Source of the DNA: Candidatus Coatesbacteria bacterium
GTDB lineage: Bacteria; JAFGND01
NCBI GenBank assembly: GCA_016927185.1
Contig: JAFGND010000060.1
Span: forward strand, 1-36,034
Reading direction: 5' to 3'
Length of the DNA: 36,034 nucleotides
The position numbers and the translations under genes were made by a program. Numbering within the stretch: the stretch's first letter is position 1; the number at the start of each line of letters is the position of its first letter. Under the pieces are notes generated by a model that did no database searches, was not told the DNA's origin, and was given only the letters and a program-made list of their open reading frames with translations. Shown here one piece after another: positions 27,177 to 36,034 of the stretch.

Positions 27177-29347
27177 ATAGAGCTTCCATAATCAAGTGAA
27201 GGTGACTTGAAATTTATATAATCATCAAGAGGAAGCCTTTCAATTGTAACACCGTCCTTTACTATCAGAATGGCAAATGATATAATTTCTTCTGGATTTA
27301 TATCAAGTGAATCAAATGAGGTTTTTATTTCTACTATATCTTCTATTGCAAGATTCGGGAAATTCCTTTCAAGTCTGTATTCATCATGACCAAAAGGGGA
27401 CATTATAGAAAATTCCTGATGTTCTCCTTTAATCAGTTTGAAAATTATGCGTTTTTTATAAGGTTTCAGGAAAATAATATCTACTATATAATTTTTTTCA
27501 AAAACCTGCTTGTTTTCGAAATCCAGTCTGAAGAACAGATTTTCTTTATTGAAGCCGAATCTAGCTTCTTTCAGGATATTAGGTGTCAGTTTTTTCATTG
27601 GACCATAGAAAGATGGTATAATATAACCAGCTAACTCCCATTCATAGAAATTGGTTTGCTTTCCATCAATAACAGGATCTATAAAACCAACTGGATCCTG
27701 TGATGAAATGGTATGTAATGATTTGCAGATTGGTTTACCTAACTCTGCTGGTGGTAATGCATTAACACTTGTATAAACCGTTTTCAAATGCTGCCTGAAC
27801 AGGTAGTCAAATTCAAGATCGTTCTCAGTAGAAAAGTCATCATCATACCACCAGAACCAATCACTTCCTTCTGCAATATATAGTGCATCCCAGGCTTTCC
27901 TTAACTGAGATTCAAGAAGCTCGGGATGGTTGTATTCATAGTTGACAAGGAAATTTCTTGCCCTGCTTAAAAGATTCCATGCATTATTTTCCTCGGATTT
28001 TCCTATCCATATCTCGAAATTATGATTTATCCATGATCCTCTGTATAATTTGCCAAGACTGGTGGCACTTTCCGAGTGCTTTTCTAAATATTCGCTGAAA
28101 GTTATTGTTTCAAGAAATGAGGTTTCTTCAATTATCCTATAAAGACCATTCAGAAAAGCTTCTCCTCCATCATTGAAAGCTTCCCATGGATTTTCTCCAT
28201 CCAGCATAATTGAAACTATTGGTTGATAATCAAAGTTTTTTGTATATTCATGAATATTCTGCATGTGATAAAAGAAATCTTCAAGACTTGTTTCTGCAGT
28301 ATTCCTGGCATATTTAAATCCCATAGAATCAGACAGGAACTTGTCTCTGAAAAAAATGTATATTCTACCGTAATCTTCATTTTCATAAATATATGGTCTA
28401 TAAAGAATATCTCCTTTGTTCCTGAATCCGTCCGAACTGTTATAGAGGATTTCCTCATCTGCCGCCATCCAATTGTATCCATTATTAGATAGAATTGATA
28501 TCATCTCTGGACAGACACCTCCTTCTGGAGGCCAGAAACCATGTGGATTTTCTCCAAAATTCTCGTGGAAAGCATCTTTACCCATTTTTATCTGCTTTTC
28601 AGCATCTTCATATGCACTGAAAGGAGAATCAGGAATTGTAAGAAATGGTTGAGATTCAAGGGCATTTCTGTTATTAATTATTAATGGAATGATTGGATGA
28701 TAAAAAGGAGAACCTGTTATCTCTATTTTTTTTGCTTTAAGGAGTTTTTTGTAAAGAGGTAGCAATTCCTTTATGCACTGTTGCTGCTTTGCAAGGACAA
28801 TGGATTTGTCATTTTCGCTGAATGAACGTCCTTTCTGTATCAATTCCCTCAGGATATCATCTTTCTTGACAAACTCGAATCCAAACCATGCCAAATTGAA
28901 CCAGATCTGCAAATCCCTGAAATCCTGCTCAGTAAATGAACCAAGAATGAAAGTCGGATTAATATTATCAAGAGTAGCACCTCTTTTCTTGAATAATTCA
29001 TCATATCTCGGATATTTTGAAATCATTGTCTGAGGATTCGCCATGAAGAATTTTCGCAAAATGAGTATCTTTTCCTCTATCGATAGTTCTGCAGCAGGTT
29101 TCTGAGATAAAGAAAGGTATTTCTCTTTTACATCATTTTTTGCATAGTCTTTTATTTGGGATATCAATGAGGGAACAAGATTTATCGAAATATTGGTTTT
29201 ATTGAAGTGGGACACCAGGGAAGGTATATCATAGTAGCCTTTGCAGCTGTGAAGCCTTACCCATGGCATTGTATATTCATTTGTGTTAAGATTTTTATAA
29301 TATGGTTGATGCATGTGCCATAGAAAAGCAACATATAGTTTTTTCAT
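27164..29347 (-). CDS. Glycoside hydrolase family 57 (amylopullulanase/alpha-amylase-like)
   Basis: WHMHQP, FWPPEGG (nucleophile Glu), LDGENPW (acid/base Asp), GSWI, AEGSDWFWW. Confidence 0.93.
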   Translation of the reverse strand: MKKLYVAFLWHMHQPYYKNLNTNEYTMPWVRLHSCKGYYDIPSLVSHFNKTNISINLVPSLISQIKDYAKNDVKEKYLSLSQKPAAELSIEEKILILRKFFMANPQTMISKYPRYDELFKKRGATLDNINPTFILGSFTEQDFRDLQIWFNLAWFGFEFVKKDDILRELIQKGRSFSENDKSIVLAKQQQCIKELLPLYKKLLKAKKIEITGSPFYHPIIPLIINNRNALESQPFLTIPDSPFSAYEDAEKQIKMGKDAFHENFGENPHGFWPPEGGVCPEMISILSNNGYNWMAADEEILYNSSDGFRNKGDILYRPYIYENEDYGRIYIFFRDKFLSDSMGFKYARNTAETSLEDFFYHMQNIHEYTKNFDYQPIVSIMLDGENPWEAFNDGGEAFLNGLYRIIEETSFLETITFSEYLEKHSESATSLGKLYRGSWINHNFEIWIGKSEENNAWNLLSRARNFLVNYEYNHPELLESQLRKAWDALYIAEGSDWFWWYDDDFSTENDLEFDYLFRQHLKTVYTSVNALPPAELGKPICKSLHTISSQDPVGFIDPVIDGKQTNFYEWELAGYIIPSFYGPMKKLTPNILKEARFGFNKENLFFRLDFENKQVFEKNYIVDIIFLKPYKKRIIFKLIKGEHQEFSIMSPFGHDEYRLERNFPNLAIEDIVEIKTSFDSLDINPEEIISFAILIVKDGVTIERLPLDDYINFKSPSLDYGSSMWTV

Positions 29348-29544
29348 TAAGCTATTTATCCTTTTAAAGAATGCATGGAGTTAACTTTTTTGCTATGCAT
29401 CCTTGTCAAGATTTTTATTGAAAACCTTTCTAATCTTTATGCAAAGATAAGCAAAGAGAATTGAAAAAGTAATTCTGATATTGTATTATTCTTAAATGTG
29501 CAAAAGTAATATTGAGAGAAAATTTTCTTGACTATATTTAAAAG

Positions 29545-29705
29545 GAATTAAAGGCAGGTATTGCATTTAATGGAAGGGAATCCTGTAAAAGCAGGAGCAG
29601 TCCCCGCTGCTGTAATCAGGGACGAACATATGCATATATGCCACGGGAATTCCTGGAAGGCGCATATGTAAGAATGATCTGAAAGCCAGAATACCTTCCT
29701 GAAAT
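29545..29705 (+). ncRNA. Cobalamin (B12) riboswitch; boundaries approximate
   Basis: AGGT...AAGGGAATCCTGTAAAAGCAGGAGCAGTCCCCGCTGCTGTAA...GCCAC...GGAAGG...AAGCCAGAATACCTTCCT (B12 box), directly upstream of btuF/btuB. Confidence 0.93.
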
Positions 29706-29744
29706 GAATTTGCTATCCTTCGGGTGAAAGGGAATAAAATCTTG

Positions 29745-29775
29745 TTACTCTCTTTTGTCCGATAAAAGAGTGTAA
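29745..29775 (+). promoter_or_regulatory. Hairpin sequestering the translation start (riboswitch expression platform)
   Basis: TTAC-T-CTCTTTTGT-CCG-ATAAAAGAG-T-GTAA pairs over the purine-rich RBS and the A of ATG 29775. Confidence 0.65.
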
Positions 29776-30626
29776 TGAAAAGATTTTTAATTATTTTCTT
29801 TTTAATCATGTTATCCTGCAAAACCAGACAAGCAGAAACACAGGATATCAGGATTATAAGCTTAGTTCCTTCTCTAACACTCACCTGCTATTTCCTTGGT
29901 CTGGATAAAGAGATTATAGCAATTACTGAATATTGCAAATATCCTGAAGCATGGAGAAAGGAAAAATCAAAAATATCTGGTGGCTTGTCTCCCAACCTGG
30001 AAGTAATAGCCTCAATGAAACCTTCCCATGTATTGCTTAGCAACTATCAGGTCTCTTTGAAATCAAAACTTGAAAATCTTGGCATCAAGACAGTAATAAT
30101 TAAACAGATGAGAATAGAAGATGTTTTTGATGCAATAAAAACACTTTCAAAGATTACTGGAAGAACAAAAAGAGGAGAATTCCTGTCGGATTCACTTGAT
30201 ATTTTTATAAAGAAGAATTCTGTAATAAATACTCATAGACTGAAAGTATTAATTGTTGTAAGTCGTGAAATAGATTCCTTGAACAATGTATTTGTAACAG
30301 AATACAAAGGATTTCTCGAAGAATTAATATTCCTGGCAGGTGGAGAGAGTATATTTGGAGATAAACCTCATTCAAGCGGTCCCCTGTCAAAAGAAATCCT
30401 TATTAATATGAATCCTGATGTAATAATTGAGCTTCATCCAGATGAAGACATAAGTACGCGGAAGATTGAGGTAGTAAAAAACGTCTGGAAAGACATTCCT
30501 GATATAAATGCAGTAAAGAAAGGTAATATTTTCATCCTTACTGATTCATATTATGGTCTTCCAAGTCCTAGAATTGGTGAAATACTAGTTGATTTCAAGA
30601 ATATTCTGAAGGAATGCAAGGAATGA
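29775..30626 (+). CDS. btuF: Cobalamin-binding periplasmic lipoprotein (BtuF-like)
   Basis: Lipobox MLSC; RIISLVPS.T, YCKYP, PNLEVIAS.KP, LAGG, NPDVII, PSPR; behind a B12 riboswitch. Confidence 0.85.
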   Translation: MKRFLIIFFLIMLSCKTRQAETQDIRIISLVPSLTLTCYFLGLDKEIIAITEYCKYPEAWRKEKSKISGGLSPNLEVIASMKPSHVLLSNYQVSLKSKLENLGIKTVIIKQMRIEDVFDAIKTLSKITGRTKRGEFLSDSLDIFIKKNSVINTHRLKVLIVVSREIDSLNNVFVTEYKGFLEELIFLAGGESIFGDKPHSSGPLSKEILINMNPDVIIELHPDEDISTRKIEVVKNVWKDIPDINAVKKGNIFILTDSYYGLPSPRIGEILVDFKNILKECKE

Positions 30627-32707
30627 AAATAACCATATTGATTAATTTTCTTCTTGCTACGCTACTCACAGCAAATGATTTCGTGATCATAGTAGTTGAT
30701 AAAAGCAATGGAAAACCTATAGAAAATGCTTATATCCTTTTTCAAGATAATATTATTGGCAGAACAGATGGCAAGGGCTATTTTCTTTATAAGAATAATC
30801 AAAACAAGATATCTATTACAATCATGAAGGAAAATTATGAAAAAGGGACATTTCATTGCAATGCTGGAATTAGTACTTTGTTTTTAAATTCCTTTAAACA
30901 AAAAAGAATTTATGAGTATGTTACGTCAAGAGTCAAGCCTTCATTATCAAACAATAAACCACTAAAATCCTATGTTCTTGATAAAGATGATATCAAAAAA
31001 ATTCAGTCAACTGATGCAGGAATAATACTTGAAAATTTTCCTGGAATCAATTTCCAGTCATACTATGCTGAAGGTAGTGTCTCAACTATTCATATAAATA
31101 ATTCGAAAAGCAGACAAGCACTTGTACTTCTGAATGATATTCCAGTGAATGATCCAGTTTTCGGAGGTTTTGATATTTCATTGCTTGATTTGAGTTCTTT
31201 TGATAAAATAGAACTTACTTGTGGAGGTTTGTCAGAATGGTATGGTCAATCAGCTTCTGCAGGTGTTCTTAATATAATCCCTTCTGAAAAGAAGGAAAAA
31301 ACAGTTTCAATTGCAATGACAGTAGGAAGTTATGGCTATTTACATCCCAGAATCAATGTTTCGCAATTTATTACTGACAAATGGTTTTTTTCCCTTAAAC
31401 CTTATTACCGAAGTTCTAAGAATGATTATGATTATGAAGATTTTTTTGGGGAAACAAGAAGAATGAATAATAATTATTTAAGGAATCAAGGTTTGATTGC
31501 TGAAAACATATTATATCCAGATGCACTTGATGAACTGGAAATACTTTATGGCTACTCTCATCTGAAAAGAGGAAATCCAGGAACTTACAGTAATGCGAAT
31601 CCGACTTCCTATATGGAAGACTGGTGGCATTTCGGAAATGCAAGATTGATAACAAGGGAAAGCAAAGGGAATATTCTTAAGTCAACTATTTATTTCCAGA
31701 ACAAGAAATTCATGTATTCTAATCATGATGGTTACTTGATTGACATAACAAGGATTTTGAACATAACTGGATGCAATATTCAGAATAAATTCAGGCTTTC
31801 CCCATTTTTCAGTATCAATAGTGGAATAGATGGTTCGAACACATGGATAAATGCTAAAGATATAGACAAGGAAACTGTTTATTCGGGAGCAATTTTTAGT
31901 GGAATTGCCTATGATAAAAGGAGTTTCCTGATGGATTTCTACTGCAGACTGGATAAACAGGAAAGCATGAAACCTGTTGTTGCTCCATCATTAAGCTTTG
32001 GATTGGAAAACAAGCATATGAAAAACAATCTAAAAATCTCAAGATCTTTTGCATATCCAAATCTGTCTGATCTTTATTGGCCAAGTGATAATATGTCTGA
32101 GGGAAACAAAGACTTGCAGCCTGAATACGCATGGAATTTCATACAGAATAATGAATTCTCCATGTTCCAAAACAGGATTGATCTTGGAATCTCTCCTTAT
32201 TTCAATGCAGCTAAAAATGAAATAAGATGGTTGCCTGATGGAAAAAGCGGTAAATGGAAACCCGTAAATCTATCAGAAACATATAATTATGGAGTCAATA
32301 TAAATTTGAATATGGATATAATAAAAGACTGGCTAAGCTTCGAGAATATCAGTAATTTATGTAAAACAATTATAGATGACGAAGAGAGTATCTCCTATTC
32401 TATTTATACTCCAGAAATAGTAAGTTCTGCTGGTTTTCGGATAGGAAAGAAAGTTCTTTTTTTAAGCCCCAAAATCAGATATAAAAGCAAGGTTTTTGCA
32501 AATCCTTATTCTGGAAAAACATTACCCGACAAGATTTTATATGATTCCGAATTCTTCCTGGATGCAAGAAAAATATCATTTGGCTTCGGTATTTATAATA
32601 TCTTTGACAAAAAGCAATGGGATTATGAGGATTATCCATCACCAGGAAGAGAATGGAGGGTAACAATCTCATCAGATTTAAACAAGGAACTTAAATTCCC
32701 TTTTTGA
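30623..32707 (+). CDS. btuB: TonB-dependent receptor, BtuB-like (start probably ATG 30623)
   Basis: ATGA overlap with the btuF stop; signal peptide; N-terminal extension; plug LVLLNDIPVND...IEL..GG.S..YG...AGVLNI; PNLSDLYW, GN.DL.PE, YPSPGR; C-terminal Phe. Confidence 0.82.
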   Translation: MKITILINFLLATLLTANDFVIIVVDKSNGKPIENAYILFQDNIIGRTDGKGYFLYKNNQNKISITIMKENYEKGTFHCNAGISTLFLNSFKQKRIYEYVTSRVKPSLSNNKPLKSYVLDKDDIKKIQSTDAGIILENFPGINFQSYYAEGSVSTIHINNSKSRQALVLLNDIPVNDPVFGGFDISLLDLSSFDKIELTCGGLSEWYGQSASAGVLNIIPSEKKEKTVSIAMTVGSYGYLHPRINVSQFITDKWFFSLKPYYRSSKNDYDYEDFFGETRRMNNNYLRNQGLIAENILYPDALDELEILYGYSHLKRGNPGTYSNANPTSYMEDWWHFGNARLITRESKGNILKSTIYFQNKKFMYSNHDGYLIDITRILNITGCNIQNKFRLSPFFSINSGIDGSNTWINAKDIDKETVYSGAIFSGIAYDKRSFLMDFYCRLDKQESMKPVVAPSLSFGLENKHMKNNLKISRSFAYPNLSDLYWPSDNMSEGNKDLQPEYAWNFIQNNEFSMFQNRIDLGISPYFNAAKNEIRWLPDGKSGKWKPVNLSETYNYGVNINLNMDIIKDWLSFENISNLCKTIIDDEESISYSIYTPEIVSSAGFRIGKKVLFLSPKIRYKSKVFANPYSGKTLPDKILYDSEFFLDARKISFGFGIYNIFDKKQWDYEDYPSPGREWRVTISSDLNKELKFPF

Positions 32708-32713
32708 TACGGA

Positions 32714-35185
32714 TTGGAAATTGATGTGATGGAAAGACTGGAAGAGATATTTCCCAAAGACAGGATTTTTTTCGATATAAGGGAGATAACTGCATATTGC
32801 AATGATGCGAGTGTATATTTTGGAAAACCTTCAGTTATCGTAAAACCTGTAAACGATACTGAAGTAAGTAATACATTACTCTTTTCTATTGCGAACAGAA
32901 TTCCCATTGTTGCAAGAGGTGCAGGTACATCACTTTGTGGTCAATGTACAGCAATTCCTGATTGCATAATGGTGGATTTCTCCCTCATGAACAATATAAT
33001 TAAAATATCTCCTGAGAATAGATATGCGATAGTACAACCAGGAGTGATATATGAGGATTTAAACACGAAATTGCTGGAGTATGGTTTCTCTTTTCCACCT
33101 TGTCCAGGTTCATCATCAGTAGCAACAATTGGAGGAATGGTTGCGGTAAATGCTTCTGGGATAAATTCATTTAAATATGGGGCAACAAGAGATTATGTTC
33201 TTGGCATGACTTTTTTTACTGGAACTGCTGAAAAAATTGAAACTGGTGGAGCTGTTCTCAAAGATGCAAGTTCATATCAATTATCACGATTTCTTGTCGG
33301 TAGTGAGGGAAGTTTAGGGCTGATTACTTCTATTACATTAAAGATTGTCCCGGCAAGCAAGAGCAGAGGATTACTGAGATGCATGTTCTCTGAACTTGAT
33401 GATGCTGGAGTGACTATTGCTGAAATAATAGCTTCTGGCATCACACCTGTTGGTATTGAGTTACTTGATAAAGTTTGTCTTGATGCACTGAAAAACTCAA
33501 TCAATTTCAATACTCAAAACGCTACTGCTATGTTATTCATCCCATTGGATGGGTGCAGGGAAAGTATGAAAAACGATATTGAAATCTTGAAAAGCATTAT
33601 AGAAAAGCGAAATCCTATTGATCTTGAATATACAACTGAAGAAAAGGAGATTGACTATCTTTATTCAGTTCGCAAATCACTTATTCCTTCCTTGTCAAGA
33701 TATAAAAGAGGATATTCTGCTGTCATGCTTGCTGATGACTTGTCCATACCTCCTGCTGTAATACCTGAATTTATATCAAAAATCCATGCTGCTTCAAATG
33801 ATTTGCATGATATGAGAATCGCTATTTATGGACATGCTGCTGACGGAAATCTTCATACACGCTTCCTGTTCAATCCATCAAATGAGAATTCATGGAAAGA
33901 ATGCTCGAATCTGGCAAGAAAGATATATGTTTGGATAAGAGAAATGAATGGATTGATATCAGGAGAGCATGGAGTAGGATATTCGAAACAGGAATTCATA
34001 GATAAAAACAATACTGCAGTTAAATTAATGAGAGACATCAAGAAAACATTTGATCCTTATAATATATTGAATCCAAACAAATTCCTTGATGAAAGGAAAT
34101 TTGAACCTTCAATAAGGTATTTATTCAGGGATGACGAAAGAGAAGAAACAGAAATTGAATCTGATTCTTGTGTCATGTGCGGTTTTTGCAAGGAAGTATG
34201 TCCTGCATATAAGCTTACTTTGCTGGAAAGTATTTCGCCAAGGGGACAGATAATATGTCAAAGGTACCAGAAAATGGCAGAATCTGATAAAGAAAAACAG
34301 GATTATGCAAGCAGATTTTATGATTGCACTCTCTGTTTTGCGTGCTCTGAGAAATGCCCATCAAAAATAAATGCTCCTTTGCTTATCCAGAAAGCCAGGG
34401 AAGAGAATAGAAAGAAAGGTTATAAATCTGAAGCATCAGATATTATATTCAATAACATAAAAATGACAGGTAACTTGTATGCTGAAGAGCTGCAAGTAAT
34501 TGAAGAAAAACAGAAAGAATTCTTGCTTTATCTTGGATGCAGATATATTCTCAGAAAGAAGGAACTGAATGCAGGTAAAAAGATCCTCAAGTACCTAGGT
34601 ATGGAAACATTCTTAACAAGAGAAATATGTTGTGGATATCCATTCATAGCCCTGGGTAATATGGAGGATTTTTTCAAACAAAAGGAAAAGCTTTTAAAAA
34701 TTATTGATAATCGTTCTGTTATAACCTTCTGTCCAACTTGCACAATGACTCTCAACAATTATTATGATGTAAAAGCCAGTCATATAATATCAATTATATA
34801 TAGAAATCTCGATAAGTTGAATTTCACTCAAAAAACATCAAGAATTACCTGGCATGATCCTTGTCATTTGTCAAGAAGTCTGAAGATAATTGAAGAACCA
34901 AGGATGATTCTGGAAAAAACAGGAGCAGTTATGATCGAAATGAAACATAATGGACTTGATACGATGTGCTGTGGTGGGGGAGGCGGTTTAATGGCTAGCA
35001 ATGAGAAACTATCTGTAAAGATATCCGAAGCAAGGATTGAAGAGGCAATAGAAACTGAAGCGGAATATCTAGTCACATTTTGCTCCACTTGTGAACATAT
35101 GCTAAGGCAGGCTTCACAGAATAATGAAAAATCCAGCTTGAAAATTCGAAATCTACTGGATTATATTGGCGGTTTTATTCAATAA
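32714..35185 (+). CDS. FAD-binding and Fe-S-binding oxidoreductase (GlcD-GlcF fusion, D-lactate/glycolate dehydrogenase-like)
   Basis: RGAGTSL, ATIGG, GSEGSLG, GHAADGNLH, GEHGVG; two CxxCxxCxxxCP motifs; two CCG domains; start could be ATG 32729. Confidence 0.9.
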   Translation: MEIDVMERLEEIFPKDRIFFDIREITAYCNDASVYFGKPSVIVKPVNDTEVSNTLLFSIANRIPIVARGAGTSLCGQCTAIPDCIMVDFSLMNNIIKISPENRYAIVQPGVIYEDLNTKLLEYGFSFPPCPGSSSVATIGGMVAVNASGINSFKYGATRDYVLGMTFFTGTAEKIETGGAVLKDASSYQLSRFLVGSEGSLGLITSITLKIVPASKSRGLLRCMFSELDDAGVTIAEIIASGITPVGIELLDKVCLDALKNSINFNTQNATAMLFIPLDGCRESMKNDIEILKSIIEKRNPIDLEYTTEEKEIDYLYSVRKSLIPSLSRYKRGYSAVMLADDLSIPPAVIPEFISKIHAASNDLHDMRIAIYGHAADGNLHTRFLFNPSNENSWKECSNLARKIYVWIREMNGLISGEHGVGYSKQEFIDKNNTAVKLMRDIKKTFDPYNILNPNKFLDERKFEPSIRYLFRDDEREETEIESDSCVMCGFCKEVCPAYKLTLLESISPRGQIICQRYQKMAESDKEKQDYASRFYDCTLCFACSEKCPSKINAPLLIQKAREENRKKGYKSEASDIIFNNIKMTGNLYAEELQVIEEKQKEFLLYLGCRYILRKKELNAGKKILKYLGMETFLTREICCGYPFIALGNMEDFFKQKEKLLKIIDNRSVITFCPTCTMTLNNYYDVKASHIISIIYRNLDKLNFTQKTSRITWHDPCHLSRSLKIIEEPRMILEKTGAVMIEMKHNGLDTMCCGGGGGLMASNEKLSVKISEARIEEAIETEAEYLVTFCSTCEHMLRQASQNNEKSSLKIRNLLDYIGGFIQ

Positions 35186-35243
35186 ATACTTGACCTGAGA
35201 ATCAAATATTTGGAAATGCTTCTAAATTTTAAGAAAGGTTTTT

Positions 35244-35822
35244 ATGGAGAAGGACTTTGTTGAAAAGACATTGATTATATTCAAACCTGATTCAATAAAA
35301 AGGAACTTGCTGGGAGAAATTATAACAAGATTTGAAAAATCTGGATTGGAGATTAAGGAAATCAAGCTTGTTTATCCTGACAGAGAAATCATGGAGAAGC
35401 ATTATTCAGATGATATAAAGTGGATTACAAATCTTGGAGAAAAGACACTTGATTTTTTCAAGGAAACAAACCAATTTGAACAATATCTTGCATCTATTAA
35501 TGAGATGTTTGGAACAAAGGATCCTGTTGAACTTGGCATGGCGATAAGGGTTCTGTTAATAGAATTTATGTTAGAAAGTCCCTTGATTGTAAGTATCTGG
35601 GAAGGATCTTTTGCATGCAGCAAGGCAAGAAAGATTATTGGTAATACAATTCCCTTGAATGCTTTACCAGGAACAATAAGAGGGGATTATTCTTCTGATT
35701 CACCAATTTCACTCATAACAGAGGGCAGATGTATATATAATCTTGTTCATGCATCAGGAGATGCTATTGAGGCAGAGAGGGAAATAAATATCTGGTTTCC
35801 GCAAATGGGGATTAAGGATTAG
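35244..35822 (+). CDS. ndk: Nucleoside-diphosphate kinase (long, insertion-bearing form)
   Basis: EKTLIIFKPD, PGTIRGD, NLVHASG (phospho-His), EREINIWF. Confidence 0.92.
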   Translation: MEKDFVEKTLIIFKPDSIKRNLLGEIITRFEKSGLEIKEIKLVYPDREIMEKHYSDDIKWITNLGEKTLDFFKETNQFEQYLASINEMFGTKDPVELGMAIRVLLIEFMLESPLIVSIWEGSFACSKARKIIGNTIPLNALPGTIRGDYSSDSPISLITEGRCIYNLVHASGDAIEAEREINIWFPQMGIKD

Positions 35823-36034
35823 TGGAAGAGCTTTTTTTTCAACCTAAGGTTGAGGATTATTATCCAAAAGTGGAGATATCTGGATTTAATGTTGATCTTG
35901 ATGAACTTAAGAAGTTCATGGAGAATGAAACTTTGACACCAGAAATAATAACAGCTGCTTATGCAAGGATAAGCAGGAGTAGTGATGAACTAAGAACATT
36001 ACGGGACAAGGCAAAAGAAGATGTATCTGCTTCA
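35822..36034 (+). CDS. thyX: Partial (5' end) FAD-dependent thymidylate synthase, long form; runs off the window and is absent from the ORF track
   Basis: GTG overlapping the ndk TAG opens 71 stop-free codons: ...KVEISGFNVD...LTPEIITAAYARISRSSDELRTLRDKAKEDVSAS; TPE..AAYARISRS recalled from long ThyX N-termini; catalytic motifs lie outside the window. Confidence 0.7.
   Translation, partial: MEELFFQPKVEDYYPKVEISGFNVDLDELKKFMENETLTPEIITAAYARISRSSDELRTLRDKAKEDVSAS

Noticed and set aside
29441..29508. Two minus-strand TAnnTTTGC motifs resembling Bacteroidota -7 promoter elements
   Set aside because: Not noticed in other intergenic regions, where TTGAC dominates; could be chance
29567..29884. 105-aa minus-strand ORF
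   Set aside because: Antisense to the cobalamin riboswitch and the btuF start, which explain the sequence
156..35623. Many short 60-184 aa ORFs in the track, such as 4653..5207, 14913..15287 and 18408..18725
   Set aside because: They lie antisense or out of frame within well-supported genes and show no recognisable motifs; shadow ORFs
1..36034. CRISPR array, IS element, prophage or stop-codon recoding
   Set aside because: No repeat-spacer pattern, transposase or phage genes; genes read through intact under the standard bacterial code

Overview
AT-rich (roughly one-third GC by eye), gene-dense chromosomal window from an anaerobic diderm bacterium. Outer-membrane TolC and a TonB receptor, T9SS-type C-terminal domains, an [FeFe]-hydrogenase and SD-led genes suggest an FCB-related, probably non-Bacteroidota lineage (inference). 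Gene order: secreted CTD protein; TetR-TolC-MFP-RND efflux operon; L,D-transpeptidase; DinG-panD-glmU(N domain only)-HIT-ttcA operon; monocistronic [FeFe]-hydrogenase plus aspA; membrane sulfatase-like protein; secreted WD40-CTD protein; dual-OB-like orphan; hbd-like-ackA-tRNA-Thr(CGT)-slt-GT4 run; coiled-coil protein and GH57; cobalamin riboswitch with btuF-btuB-FAD/Fe-S dehydrogenase; ndk; start of a long-form thyX. I saw no CRISPR array, transposase, integrase or prophage, and no complete novel system can be shown from sequence alone. Best leads: (1) an RND pump whose Asp-Asp/Lys proton relay is replaced by Thr/Asn; (2) a pure-pyrimidine, G4-capable tract at the passenger/CTD junction of a secreted protein; (3) a tRNA wedged 4 nt and 8 nt between coding genes; (4) an orphan bifurcating-type hydrogenase with read-through to aspA; (5) a degenerate dual-OB gene behind a consensus promoter.
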